DNA of 64,000 nucleotides, taken from positions 128,533 through 192,532 of the forward strand of contig JBDRJF010000024.1 of the NCBI GenBank assembly GCA_043815185.1, in the 5' to 3' direction. Source of the stretch: Candidatus Omnitrophota bacterium (GTDB taxonomy: Bacteria > Omnitrophota > Gorgyraeia > Duberdicusellales > 4484-171). Below the pieces are notes generated by a model. The model saw only the letters and a list, made by a program, of their open reading frames with translations, was not told the DNA's origin and ran no database searches. The position numbers were made by a program, and so were the translations under genes. Positions 38,732 through 48,386 of the stretch are shown piece by piece (within the stretch, counting starts at the first letter, position 1; each line of letters opens with the position of its first letter).

Positions 38732-39528
38732 CTTTGACAATGAGGACAAAAACAAGTTCCTCGTCCGCCCAAGGATATCTTCTCTATTGGCCTCCGGCAT
38801 TCAGGACAAGGTTGATTCTTGCGGGCGTAAACTTTTAACCGCTTCTCCATACCGCCCCTGTCTCCACCCAGATCCCGGTAGGAATCAACTGATGAGCCCT
38901 TATACTTTATAGCTTCCTTTAGTACTGATACTACCTTCCGATGCAGAAGTTTTACTTCTTTTTCTCCTAAACTATTGGCGGCTCTTCTGGGGTCGATCTT
39001 AGCTAAAAACAAGGCTTCTTGAGCGTAAATATTGCCTAAACCGGAGATTAAAGTCTGATCCAGAAGTAAGACTTTTATTCTGGTCTTACGAGGTTTTAAA
39101 ATCGCCTTAAACTCAAAATCGCTCATATCCAAAGCTTCTTTGCCTAAGGTTTTTATGAATTTTAAATCGCGGTAATCGCTTCGTAACCTTAACTCCCCTA
39201 ATAGCCGAGAATCCATATAATTTAAGGCTGTACCGTCAGAGAAACGGAAAATGACTCTAGCCCTTTGGTCTTCCCTGCCATAGAGAAGCCAGCCGGAAAT
39301 TCTTAAATGAACAATTAGAAATTTGTCTTCTTTGAATTTAAGGATCAGGAGCTTGGCTCGGCGGATGATTGCAGTAATCTTCTCGCCAATCAACCCCTTG
39401 CGAAAATCAGCCGCTGCCGGCTCTTTAACAACGTTACTCTTGATAATCTTAACATCAACAATTTTTTTGTTGATAATTACCGCTTCCAAATCCCGTTTTA
39501 TAGTCTCAACTTCCGGTAATTCCGGCAT
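38728..39528 (-). CDS. mutM: Formamidopyrimidine-DNA glycosylase
   Basis: N-terminus MPELPEVET and a C-terminal zinc finger CPECRRPI..GGRGTCFCPHCQ. Confidence 0.92.
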   Translation of the reverse strand: MPELPEVETIKRDLEAVIINKKIVDVKIIKSNVVKEPAAADFRKGLIGEKITAIIRRAKLLILKFKEDKFLIVHLRISGWLLYGREDQRARVIFRFSDGTALNYMDSRLLGELRLRSDYRDLKFIKTLGKEALDMSDFEFKAILKPRKTRIKVLLLDQTLISGLGNIYAQEALFLAKIDPRRAANSLGEKEVKLLHRKVVSVLKEAIKYKGSSVDSYRDLGGDRGGMEKRLKVYARKNQPCPECRRPIEKISLGGRGTCFCPHCQR

Positions 39529-39558
39529 TTTAGTTCCTTTTCCTGGTTGGGCTGGGTA

Positions 39559-39786
39559 TCAACCAAGTAGGTAAAAGACAGTAATCACTATTATTAACAA
39601 AACCACTACCCAGGTTAACCGGGAACTCCCCCTTTCGGGAATGACCTCTTCTCCGCAATAAAGGCAAATAGTCGCATCATGGGGGATTGGTTTCTGGCAC
39701 CTAGGGCAGGGAGTTAGTTTACTGAAATCTAACTCTTCTTTTTCCTCGGAGATACTCTGGTAATCAAAATAGCCTTGATCCATCAT
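39559..39786 (-). CDS. Small zinc-ribbon protein with C-terminal TM helix
   Basis: 75 aa with CPRC..CLYCG and a hydrophobic tail. Confidence 0.4.
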   Translation of the reverse strand: MMDQGYFDYQSISEEKEELDFSKLTPCPRCQKPIPHDATICLYCGEEVIPERGSSRLTWVVVLLIIVITVFYLLG

Positions 39787-39815
39787 TCAATAATGGACAG
39801 GTACAAGGCCTGTCC

Positions 39816-40328
39816 CTACACAAGATGTTTGTAGATTCCCTGATACTCTTCAGTTTCATCAATACTGATAAACATAAGCTGAACTAGGCGGGCATTCTGC
39901 TTAACACTTACTCCTTGGGAATTGGAAACCACCAGAATAAACTCTCCCCGGCCCTTAAACCCGGCATCCCAGATTCCATTCTGGGTAAAAGCTCCCATCC
40001 GCAACAGAGAAGTGCGGCTAAAACCCAGGGCAGCTAAATTATTAGGCAGGTTGACTACCTCATTGGTTCTCGCTTTATAAGCGCCTGGTGAAAGCTCCCA
40101 CCAACCATACTTATCTTCTTGGCACCTCTTCTTAGGCATAAATTCTTTACCTTGGGGTATCACTCGCTGGGAATTAGAAAAATCTAAGGCTCCGGCAGAA
40201 TCAAATTCAAAAATCTTACCGACAGTTAAGTCAAAACCATTAGGGGTTAGCTGCTGATCTAAATTAATATACTCCTCAACCAAACCTTTCTCTTTGATTA
40301 ACTGCTCAATCTCTTTTTTATTAAGCAT
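39816..40328 (-). CDS. dcd: dCTP deaminase / dUTPase-superfamily protein
   Basis: 170 aa with the SRTSLLRMG motif and a GFKGRGEFILV beta-rich core. Confidence 0.65.
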   Translation of the reverse strand: MLNKKEIEQLIKEKGLVEEYINLDQQLTPNGFDLTVGKIFEFDSAGALDFSNSQRVIPQGKEFMPKKRCQEDKYGWWELSPGAYKARTNEVVNLPNNLAALGFSRTSLLRMGAFTQNGIWDAGFKGRGEFILVVSNSQGVSVKQNARLVQLMFISIDETEEYQGIYKHLV

Positions 40329-40782
40329 CTTTAACTTTACCTTTAATATAATTGATTGCTTCCTTAGCCGTCTTTACCTTTTTGATCCCCTTTATATCCC
40401 AGGTGTCTATCCCCACAATCGGCTTCTCCTCATTAAAGCCAAAAGCAATTTCAGACAAAGTCCCGTATTCACCGCTGATAGCAATTATGGCCTTAGCGGC
40501 TCTGACCACTAAAATATTTCGAGCATAGCCTAAACCAGTGGGTATCGTTACATCCAGGTACTTATTAGCATCCTCACCGTCAGAGCTGGGTAGAATTCCT
40601 ACGGTTAAACCGCCTTGGCTCCTCGCTCCCCGGCAAGCTGCTTCCATTACTCCTTCTCTGCCGCCGCAAATTAAGGCCCAGCCGGCTTTAGCGATAAGTT
40701 CACCTACTTCATAAGCTATTTTGTAAGCTCTTCTTGAAGCTTTATGGCCGCCAACTACAGCAACATTTATTTTCCTCATCAC
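40321..40782 (-). CDS. TIGR00725/LOG-like Rossmann-fold protein
   Basis: 153 aa with the GGREGVMEAACRGA motif. Confidence 0.62.
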   Translation of the reverse strand: MMRKINVAVVGGHKASRRAYKIAYEVGELIAKAGWALICGGREGVMEAACRGARSQGGLTVGILPSSDGEDANKYLDVTIPTGLGYARNILVVRAAKAIIAISGEYGTLSEIAFGFNEEKPIVGIDTWDIKGIKKVKTAKEAINYIKGKVKDA

Positions 40783-40801
40783 TTAGCTTATATTAGATAA
40801 A

Positions 40802-40939
40802 TGCCCCCGGCAGGAATCGTATGCAATCTGCCCCAGGCAGTTGAATTCGAAGAATTCACCCTATTGCATCCGATGGCCGCCATCACAATAAGTAAAAACC
40901 TTACCCAGCCACAGGCACCTATCGATTACTAAAAAACCG
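40802..40939 (-). repeat. tRNA-trailing structured module D5 (ends in a copy of the tRNA-Arg 3' end)
   Basis: The minus strand reads ggatgcaat..tgaattc-ttc-gaattca..ctgcc-tgg-ggcag..attgcatac cgattcctgccgggggca. Fifteen nt are identical to the tRNA, followed by 1 mismatch. Confidence 0.7.
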
Positions 40940-41011
40940 TGTCCCCGGCAGGAATCGAACCTGCATTTTTGGCTCCGGAGGCCAACGCTCTATCCGTTGA
41001 GCTACGGGGAC
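40940..41011 (-). tRNA. tRNA-Arg (anticodon CCG), no encoded CCA
   Basis: Reverse complement folds as gtccccg ta gctc aacggata gagc g ttggc ctCCGga gccaa aaat gcagg ttcgatt cctgc cggggac a. Confidence 0.9.
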
Positions 41012-41035
41012 GTTTTTGAAAAAGCCAGCTAAAAA

Positions 41036-41533
41036 CTATTTAATTAAAACTGTTTTTAAAAGTGATTTAAAACACCATTCTAAATAAACATTATCCCCGG
41101 TCTTTGATCCCGATAGATTCCGGGAAAAAACAGCTCTTGCCTTTTTCTGGCTTAAGACATTTTCTAACTCGCTTAAAGCTTTTTTACTCCCAGTCCCAGA
41201 GCCAAAGGTTAAAAAGCAGGCGGCTGTTTTATTATCAAGGCCACTCACTTTACTTAGGTAGCTCCGCAGAGCCGGGGCATAAGTAAAAGCCCAGACCGGG
41301 GAAGCAAAGATAACAAAGTCATACTCACCTAAATCATAGTTAACCTCTAGTAATTGGGGTTTCTTCCTAAATGCAGCATCGAGACATTGTTTAAGGAAAA
41401 GAACTGTTTCTTTCTCAAGTTTTAAATCAATTAAATCTAAAGAATTGCCTAAGGCACCTATTGCTTCTTTTAAAAATAAACAAGCTCTTCTAGTATTGCC
41501 GGTGAATGAATAAAAAACTACTGCGCCCTTCAT
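41036..41533 (-). CDS. Flavodoxin-family protein
   Basis: 165 aa with N-terminal MKGAVVFYSFTGNTRR. Confidence 0.6.
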   Translation of the reverse strand: MKGAVVFYSFTGNTRRACLFLKEAIGALGNSLDLIDLKLEKETVLFLKQCLDAAFRKKPQLLEVNYDLGEYDFVIFASPVWAFTYAPALRSYLSKVSGLDNKTAACFLTFGSGTGSKKALSELENVLSQKKARAVFSRNLSGSKTGDNVYLEWCFKSLLKTVLIK

Positions 41534-41535
41534 GG

Positions 41536-42771
41536 TTAAAATAATTTTAGTTGATCTTCGGCCTTCTCTTCTTGGTTTTTAAAGATCTTGATTATACCAT
41601 ATTCACCGTCATGGCCGGGGATTACTTCCAGATTCTTCTCCCTCACCCGTTTTATCCCCTCCGCTACTTTCTCCGGCAGCTGGGCGAATAATTCATCAAG
41701 CGACAGCTTATTTAAAATTTTGAACTCCGGCCCTGAGTTATAAACTATATCTAAATATTCCCGTTCAACAGCTTTACTCTGTTTGCCTAGCCCCTTGGCA
41801 TCAGCAATGATCTCTTCTAAAGCCACCATGCTTTTATAACCAATGGCACCCTCAGGAACAAACCCCTCTTTCCTGTCAGCTAACTCCTTAACCCGGCTTA
41901 AAACTCCCCGGGTTAGGGGCTTCTTACAGACCGGGCAGATACCTTGATGCTTTTTGCTCTCTTGGGGGTGAAAATTTATCTTACAATTTCTGTGGCCGTC
42001 ATAATGGTATTTCCCTTCCTCAGGAAAAAACTCAATGGTATAGAGAAACTTCTCCTTATCTTTTGTCTCCAAGACTTTTTTTATCTCCTGGTAACTAAAC
42101 TGGCAATTAAAAACATTGGCTTCCCGGCCAATCCGGGAAGGCGAATGTGCATCAGAGTTTGAGACTAACGAATACTTATCTAATTTTGAAATCATCCAGT
42201 TCATGGCTGGGTCAGAACTCAATCCAGTCTCAAGAGCAGTTATTTTCTCGGTATATTCTCCGTAAGCAGCTTCTAAAGAATCGAAACCGGATTTTGAACC
42301 AAAGACTGAAAACCAAGGGGTCCAGATGTGGGCCGGGATCAACATCAAATCGGTTGATATTTTAAACAACTCCTCGGCTAACTTCTTACAACTTAAGCCT
42401 AAAATCGGCCGGCCGTCTGAGGCAATGTTGCCGTGGGATGAAAGCATTTTATTGATCTCGCCGACTACTTCCAAAGAAGGTGCTAAAATTAGATTATGAA
42501 CCCGGTAGACGCTGCCGTCTTGAGCAAAGATACTTGAGATTTCAGCTGAGGGGATGAACCGAATCCCTTGGTAAATATATAAGCCGCTATTTTTATCGGG
42601 TTCTAAGTACCGCTTCAATTCCTGATACCAGAGGTGGTGGGTAAAATCCCCGGTTCCCAGAAGATCTACGCCTTTAAGCTTAGCCCACTTAGCTAAATTA
42701 GGAATATCCATAGACCGGGAAGTGGCCCGGGAATATTTTGAGTGGATATGAAAATCAGCTACAAACTCCAT
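41536..42771 (-). CDS. Endonuclease Q-like PHP-domain protein
   Basis: 411 aa with ADFHIHSKYSRATS at the N-terminus and a zinc ribbon CPVCKKPLTRGVLSRV, as I recall for EndoQ/TIGR00375. Confidence 0.62.
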   Translation of the reverse strand: MEFVADFHIHSKYSRATSRSMDIPNLAKWAKLKGVDLLGTGDFTHHLWYQELKRYLEPDKNSGLYIYQGIRFIPSAEISSIFAQDGSVYRVHNLILAPSLEVVGEINKMLSSHGNIASDGRPILGLSCKKLAEELFKISTDLMLIPAHIWTPWFSVFGSKSGFDSLEAAYGEYTEKITALETGLSSDPAMNWMISKLDKYSLVSNSDAHSPSRIGREANVFNCQFSYQEIKKVLETKDKEKFLYTIEFFPEEGKYHYDGHRNCKINFHPQESKKHQGICPVCKKPLTRGVLSRVKELADRKEGFVPEGAIGYKSMVALEEIIADAKGLGKQSKAVEREYLDIVYNSGPEFKILNKLSLDELFAQLPEKVAEGIKRVREKNLEVIPGHDGEYGIIKIFKNQEEKAEDQLKLF

Positions 42772-42857
42772 CAGTTCGATAATTCTTTTAAAAATTAATT
42801 ATTAGGTTCCTAAATTATCGCTCTTATAATCAAACCTGTCAAAGCTTAATCTTGGGA

Positions 42858-44144
42858 TTACTCTTCTTGGCGGGTGTAGACAATCTTGCCCTTCTTAATC
42901 GTAGATTCAATAACCCCGGTTAGTTCCTGGCCCAGGAAAGGAGTATTTTTAGATTTGGAAGCAATATTTTTCTCTACTACTTTCCAGGTTTTGCTTAAGT
43001 CAGCAATAACTAAATCAGCGGCAGCACCGGGAGTAACTTTGCCGTATCCAGCTAAGCCGGCAATGGCTGCTGGTTGGGCAGAGAGTTTATCGGCTATACC
43101 CCTTAAATCAATTACCTTCTCTTTTACTAAATAAGTATTGGTTAAAGAAAAGGCTAGTTCCAGGCCGATAAAGCCCGGGGGAGCAGCTTCAAAAGGAAGC
43201 TCTTTCTCGGCTAGAGAGTGAGGGGCATGGTCAGTGGCGATACAGTCAATTACTCCTTGAGCTAAGGCTCTCCGGATGGCTTTTTTATCTTCCTCATCGC
43301 CTAGAGGCGGATTAACCTTTAAGTTGCCGGAGAAGTTGCTCTTCTCAATATCATCAACGGTTAAAACAAAGTAGTGGGGACAGGTTTCAGCCGTAACTTT
43401 AACTCCCTCCTTTTTAGCCCTTTTGATTATTTCAATACTCTTAGCACTACTTATATGAGCAAGATGAATCCGGACATCTAAATATTTCGCCAGCTCAATA
43501 TTCCGGGCTACGACTAAACTCTCGGCAATATCCGGTACGCCGGGGATTCCGTACTTAGAAGCAATCAGGCTCTCCCGCATACTGCCGTTATTGGCTAGTT
43601 GTTTATCTTCGCAGTGCGAGATAATCAAAAGGCCCGACATCTTGGCGTACTCATAGGCCCGGCGTAAAATTAAACTGCTGGCTATTGAGTTGCCATCATC
43701 ACTTAAGGCCAGGCACCCGGCTCTTTTTAAAGCTGCAAATTCAGTTAGCTCTTTGCCAGCTCTATTTTTAGTTATCGCTCCCACCGGATAAATGTCAATA
43801 AGGTTAAGACGCCGGCTCTCTTCAACTACCCAGCTGGCCAAACCTTCATTGTCTATAGGAGGCTGGGTGTTAGGCATACAGAAAATTGTAGTAAAACCTC
43901 CCTTGGCCGCAGCAGTAGAACCGCTTAAGAAATCTTCCTCATCCTCCCTGCCCGGGGTGCGCAGGTGTGAGTGTAAGTCAATAAAACCGGGGAAGACACA
44001 CTTACCACCAGCGCTGATTTTTTTATCCGCCGGCCCAGAGATATTCTTAGCAATCTCGGTAATCTTGCCGCCCTCGATTAATAAATCAGCTTCAATAATC
44101 TTATCAAAATTTACGATCTGGGCTTTCTTGATTAAAATCCTCAT
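42858..44144 (-). CDS. pyrC: Dihydroorotase
   Basis: 428 aa with DLHSHLRTPG and ATDHAPH motifs. Confidence 0.9.
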   Translation of the reverse strand: MRILIKKAQIVNFDKIIEADLLIEGGKITEIAKNISGPADKKISAGGKCVFPGFIDLHSHLRTPGREDEEDFLSGSTAAAKGGFTTIFCMPNTQPPIDNEGLASWVVEESRRLNLIDIYPVGAITKNRAGKELTEFAALKRAGCLALSDDGNSIASSLILRRAYEYAKMSGLLIISHCEDKQLANNGSMRESLIASKYGIPGVPDIAESLVVARNIELAKYLDVRIHLAHISSAKSIEIIKRAKKEGVKVTAETCPHYFVLTVDDIEKSNFSGNLKVNPPLGDEEDKKAIRRALAQGVIDCIATDHAPHSLAEKELPFEAAPPGFIGLELAFSLTNTYLVKEKVIDLRGIADKLSAQPAAIAGLAGYGKVTPGAAADLVIADLSKTWKVVEKNIASKSKNTPFLGQELTGVIESTIKKGKIVYTRQEE

Positions 44145-45073
44145 ATTTGCCTCTTTCTTGTTCCTACTAAATATAATACAGCCATTCTTACAGCTAAACC
44201 GTTTTCGGCCTGCTTTAAAATCAAAGGGTGAACTTGCTCTTTTAGGTTTGAACTTATCTCAATACCCCAGTTTACCGGGCCGGGATGCATAATTAAGCAG
44301 CTCTTTTTGGCTTTCTTTAGTCTCTCGGGGGTCAAAGCGAACCTATTGACATATTCGCGCAGACTAGGAAAGAAGGAAAAGTCCTGCCGTTCTTTTTGGA
44401 TCCGCAGCATTATAATAACATCAGCCTCTTTTATCTCCTGATCTAAATCGTACGATACCTTAACCCCCAGCTTCTGAAACTCAAAGGGAATAAGGGTACT
44501 TGGCCCGCAGACTGTTACTGATGAGGAGAATTTTTGAAAACCAAAGATATTAGAACGGGCTACCCGGGAGTGAGCTATATCCCCGACGATTAAGACTTTT
44601 AATTTCTCCAGGCTCCCCCTGGCTTCCTGAACCGTAAACATATCCAGCAAAGCTTGGGTTGGATGTTCATTCCTTCCGTCCCCGGCATTAATAATACTAG
44701 CTTGGGTATAGCTGGCCAACGAAGGCAAAGATGCTCCCAGGCCGATTCTAATTATCATAATATCGGGGTGGTAGGCCTCTAAATTCTTGATAGTGTCAAT
44801 TATGGTCTCACCCTTGGTTAAACTGCTTGATGAAGACGAGAAATTCACCACATCAGCACTTAAGCGCTTGGCAGCCAGTTCAAAAGAAGTCCGGGTCCGG
44901 GTTGAGTTCTCAAAAAACAGATTAACAATAGTCTTTCCTCTTAGGGCCGGAACTTTCTTAACCTCTCTTTGAGAAATCTCTTTAAAAGAGTTGGCGAGAG
45001 CAAATACTACTTCCAACTCCTGACGGCTGAAATCCTTAATCCCTAAAATATGCTTTTTCTGCCATTCTTCCAT
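44141..45073 (-). CDS. pyrB: Aspartate carbamoyltransferase catalytic subunit
   Basis: 310 aa with STRTRTSFE, HPTQALLD and HPGP motifs. Confidence 0.95.
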   Translation of the reverse strand: MEEWQKKHILGIKDFSRQELEVVFALANSFKEISQREVKKVPALRGKTIVNLFFENSTRTRTSFELAAKRLSADVVNFSSSSSSLTKGETIIDTIKNLEAYHPDIMIIRIGLGASLPSLASYTQASIINAGDGRNEHPTQALLDMFTVQEARGSLEKLKVLIVGDIAHSRVARSNIFGFQKFSSSVTVCGPSTLIPFEFQKLGVKVSYDLDQEIKEADVIIMLRIQKERQDFSFFPSLREYVNRFALTPERLKKAKKSCLIMHPGPVNWGIEISSNLKEQVHPLILKQAENGLAVRMAVLYLVGTRKRQI

Positions 45074-45625
45074 TTAATTACTCTCCCCGATTACTACCAC
45101 TTCATCAACTGCATCGCACTCATCGAGCCTTACCTCAACCACTTCTCGCCGCGAAGTGGGAATATTTTTCCCTACATAGTCAGCTCTTATCGGTAGCTCC
45201 CGAAAACCCCTGTCTACTAAGACTAAATATTCTACCCGTTTAGGCCGGCCAAAGTCCATAATTTCATTTAAGGCTGCCCGGACAGTTCGCCCGGTATAAA
45301 GAACATCATCAACAAGAACTACTATTCTTTCGCTCAAGTCGAAGTTAATCTTAGTCTCTTTAACTATTGGCTTAGGCCCAATAGTAGTTAAGTCATCCCG
45401 GTAGAAAGTAATATCTAAAACACCCAAAGGAATTTTAACCCCACTGATCTCTTTTATAATTGTTTGGATTCGTTTAGCCAGGTGAACTCCCCGAGTTTGA
45501 ATACCGACCAAAGCTAATACGCCTGGATCAGGGCTCTTCTCTAAAATTTGGTGAGCAAGACGATAGAGCGTCCTCTTAATGCCGTCCTGAGAGAGTATTT
45601 TCTTTTTTTCCTTCTGACTACCCAT
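45074..45625 (-). CDS. pyrR: Bifunctional pyr operon regulator / uracil phosphoribosyltransferase
   Basis: 183 aa with the PRPP motif VLVDDVLYTGRTVRAA. Confidence 0.9.
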   Translation of the reverse strand: MGSQKEKKKILSQDGIKRTLYRLAHQILEKSPDPGVLALVGIQTRGVHLAKRIQTIIKEISGVKIPLGVLDITFYRDDLTTIGPKPIVKETKINFDLSERIVVLVDDVLYTGRTVRAALNEIMDFGRPKRVEYLVLVDRGFRELPIRADYVGKNIPTSRREVVEVRLDECDAVDEVVVIGESN

Positions 45626-45770
45626 AAAAATAAAAAAACCGTTCCAGCTTCCTGCTAAAACGGCCCACTTTTTGAGATTCTTTAAACTTTCTCATAATAT
45701 GTCCTTGTCGGCCTCACCGGACCGACTTAAAGGCTATATAATATATACCCTACCTGAGATATTTTGTCAA
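45626..45770 (-). promoter_or_regulatory. pyrR promoter plus PyrR-type transcription attenuator
   Basis: On the minus strand: TTGACA (45770-45765), a 17-nt spacer and TATATA. A hairpin gtcggTCCGGTGAGGccgac (45726-45707) resembles the PyrR-binding UCCAGAGAGG loop. A terminator hairpin ccgtt..aacgg (45663-45639) is followed by a T7 run just before the pyrR ATG. Confidence 0.5.
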
Positions 45771-45826
45771 GGAGAATCTAGTAATTCGGGACAGACCCAG
45801 TTTAGTATTTTACTTTTTCTGTTTTC

Positions 45827-46546
45827 TTAAAAGAACTCCTTTACTGGCTTAGCCTTTTTAAATGGGCCCTGTCCCGAATTGAGTTTGCGGTTATCTATCA
45901 CTAAAACAAACTCACCCTTAGGCTTTTTCTGGCTAAAATAGCTTATGGCCTCCTCTATTCCTAGCTCTAAGGTCTCCTCGAACTTCTTGGTCATTTCGCG
46001 GGCGATAGCTACTGGAACTTCTCCTAAAACCTCTTTTATCAATTCCAATGACTTTAAGACCCGGTAAGGAGATTCAAAAAATACTAGAGCAAGATCCCAT
46101 TCTTTTACCTTCTCTAGTAGTTTCTTCCGGGCATTATTTTTGCGCGGCAGATACCCTAAGAAAGCAAACTTATCATGAGGTATTGAAGCTAAGCTTAAGC
46201 AATTAATAATGCTTGAGGGGCCGGGTAAAGAAGTAATTGGTATTCCTTCTTGGCGGCAGACTTTTATTAACCTATATCCGGGGTCAGAAATAGTGGGAGT
46301 GCCGGCTGATGAGACTAAAGCGATGTCACGGCCTTTCTTTAACTCTTCGATTACTAAAGGTATCTTCCTTATTTCATTATGTTCGTAGAAACTGGCTAGA
46401 TCTTTTTTGACCCCCAAGTGTTTTAAAAGTCTGCCGGTCTTACGAGTATCCTCGGCTAAGATAAGACTCACTTGGCCTAAGATACGAATTGCCCTTAAAG
46501 TAATGTCTTCTAAATTCCCAATCGGAGTAGCTACCACATACAACAT
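45827..46546 (-). CDS. rsmI: 16S rRNA (cytidine1402-2'-O)-methyltransferase
   Basis: 239 aa with MLYVVATPIGNLEDITLRA and a tetrapyrrole-methylase fold. Confidence 0.85.
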   Translation of the reverse strand: MLYVVATPIGNLEDITLRAIRILGQVSLILAEDTRKTGRLLKHLGVKKDLASFYEHNEIRKIPLVIEELKKGRDIALVSSAGTPTISDPGYRLIKVCRQEGIPITSLPGPSSIINCLSLASIPHDKFAFLGYLPRKNNARKKLLEKVKEWDLALVFFESPYRVLKSLELIKEVLGEVPVAIAREMTKKFEETLELGIEEAISYFSQKKPKGEFVLVIDNRKLNSGQGPFKKAKPVKEFF

Positions 46547-46556
46547 CTTAATTTTC

Positions 46557-48386
46557 CTATTCTACGGTAACTGATTTTGCTAGGTTCCGGGGTTGGTCTA
46601 TCTCGCAACGGCGATTCTTCGCTACAAAGTAAGCAAACAGCTGCAGGCTTACAGCAACTAAAAAAGGGCTTAAGTCCTGACTGGCAACTTGAGGAATATA
46701 AATTATTTGGCTGCTTAAGGTGCTGGCCTCCTGGTCATTATCACTTAATATAGTTAAAATCTTACCCTTCCTGGCCTTTACTTCCTGCATGTTAGAAACC
46801 ATTTTCTCATATAGTGCATCGGCAGGGGCAATGCAGACAACTGCCCGATACTCATCAATCAAAGCAATCGGGCCGTGTTTCATTTCGCCGGCAGGGTAAC
46901 CTTCAGCTGGAATGTAAGAGATCTCTTTTAACTTCAAAGCTCCTTCCAGAGCCGAAGGATAGTTTAGCCCGCGGCCTAAGAACAAAAAAGACCCAAACCG
47001 AGAAAACTTATTGGCAATTCTTCTGATCCTGGAACTGGTATCTAATATCTCCTGTAGATAGCGGGGAGTTTTCTTAAGACCGCTTAAGATTTTTTTTATC
47101 TTAGGCTCGCTTAAAGTCTTCTTCAACCGAACCAGGTAGAGAGAAAATAGATAAAGTGAGAAAACCTGGGCGGTATAAGCTTTGGTTGAGGCGACCCCGA
47201 TCTCTGGGCCGGCTAAGGTGGCGATAAAGCCGTTGCTTTCCTTAACTAAGCTTGAGCCTAAAACGTTACAGATGCTTAAAATCTTTGCTCCCTTCTTCTT
47301 GGCCTCTCTCACTGCGCCCAAAGTATCAGCAGTTTCACCGGATTGAGATATAGCCAGGAGTAGGTCGTTTTTGGCTAGTTTGAGTTTACGGTAACGAAAC
47401 TCCGAAGAAGTATCTATCTCAATATCAAGACCAGAATATTTTTCTAAAAAATATTTAGCCACATAACCGGCATGATAGGCTGTGCCACAGGCAACTATAA
47501 AGATTTTTTTTACCTTCTTGAAGTATTTATCGGAGATGTTAAGGCTGGGAAAACCTATTCGCTCTCCCTTGCAATATAAGGAAAGAATTTTCCGCAGCAC
47601 CCCGGGTTGCTCAAAAATTTCTTTAAGCATAAAGTGCTCATAACCCTTTTTCTCAGCCGCTTTAGCTTCTAACTTAACCTTCTCTATCGCTGGTTTTACT
47701 CTCTTATTCTGAAAACTGAGTATCCTTATCCCTTTTTTACTTAAAACTGCCATCTCTTCATCCTTTAAATAAACCACTCTCCGGGTAAAGGGTAATATCG
47801 CCAGAATATCAGAAGCTAAAAAATTACCTTCATCCCCCAAGCCAATGATTAGGGGGCTAGCTTTTCTCACCGCGACAAGCTTATCGGGTTCATCAGCCGA
47901 AACTATACCTAAGGCAAAAGATCCTTTTAGTTTACTCACTGCTTTTTGAACCGCATCCTCTAGAGACCTCTTATAAAACTTGGCAATTAAATGTACGATG
48001 ACCTCGCTATCAGTCTCGCTTAAAAACTTATATCCTTCTTTAATTAATTGAGTTTTTAAGGGAAGAAAGTTCTCAATAATCCCATTGTGGACAATAGCGA
48101 TCTTTCCCTGGCTGTCTAAGTGGGGATGAGCATTAATCTTATTGGGCCGGCCGTGAGTAGCCCAGCGGGTATGTAAAATACAGAGAGAAGTTTTGGCGTT
48201 TATTTTGCCCCTTAAATCTTCTGACAACCGCCTGATTCTACCGGGCCTTTTCCGAAGGAAAAGCCTGCTCTTATCCACACTGGCGATTCCGCAAGAATCA
48301 TACCCCCGGTATTCTAGACGGGATAAACCGGTTACTACCGCAGAAATCGGCACCCCTTTGCCGACATATCCAAAGATACCACACAT
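46557..48386 (-). CDS. glmS: Glutamine--fructose-6-phosphate aminotransferase
   Basis: The mature N-terminus is MCGIFGYVG (ATG at 48386, sharing 1 nt with the upstream stop, TAATG). SIS domains follow and the C-terminus is ..LAKSVTVE. Confidence 0.95.
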   Translation of the reverse strand: MCGIFGYVGKGVPISAVVTGLSRLEYRGYDSCGIASVDKSRLFLRKRPGRIRRLSEDLRGKINAKTSLCILHTRWATHGRPNKINAHPHLDSQGKIAIVHNGIIENFLPLKTQLIKEGYKFLSETDSEVIVHLIAKFYKRSLEDAVQKAVSKLKGSFALGIVSADEPDKLVAVRKASPLIIGLGDEGNFLASDILAILPFTRRVVYLKDEEMAVLSKKGIRILSFQNKRVKPAIEKVKLEAKAAEKKGYEHFMLKEIFEQPGVLRKILSLYCKGERIGFPSLNISDKYFKKVKKIFIVACGTAYHAGYVAKYFLEKYSGLDIEIDTSSEFRYRKLKLAKNDLLLAISQSGETADTLGAVREAKKKGAKILSICNVLGSSLVKESNGFIATLAGPEIGVASTKAYTAQVFSLYLFSLYLVRLKKTLSEPKIKKILSGLKKTPRYLQEILDTSSRIRRIANKFSRFGSFLFLGRGLNYPSALEGALKLKEISYIPAEGYPAGEMKHGPIALIDEYRAVVCIAPADALYEKMVSNMQEVKARKGKILTILSDNDQEASTLSSQIIYIPQVASQDLSPFLVAVSLQLFAYFVAKNRRCEIDQPRNLAKSVTVE

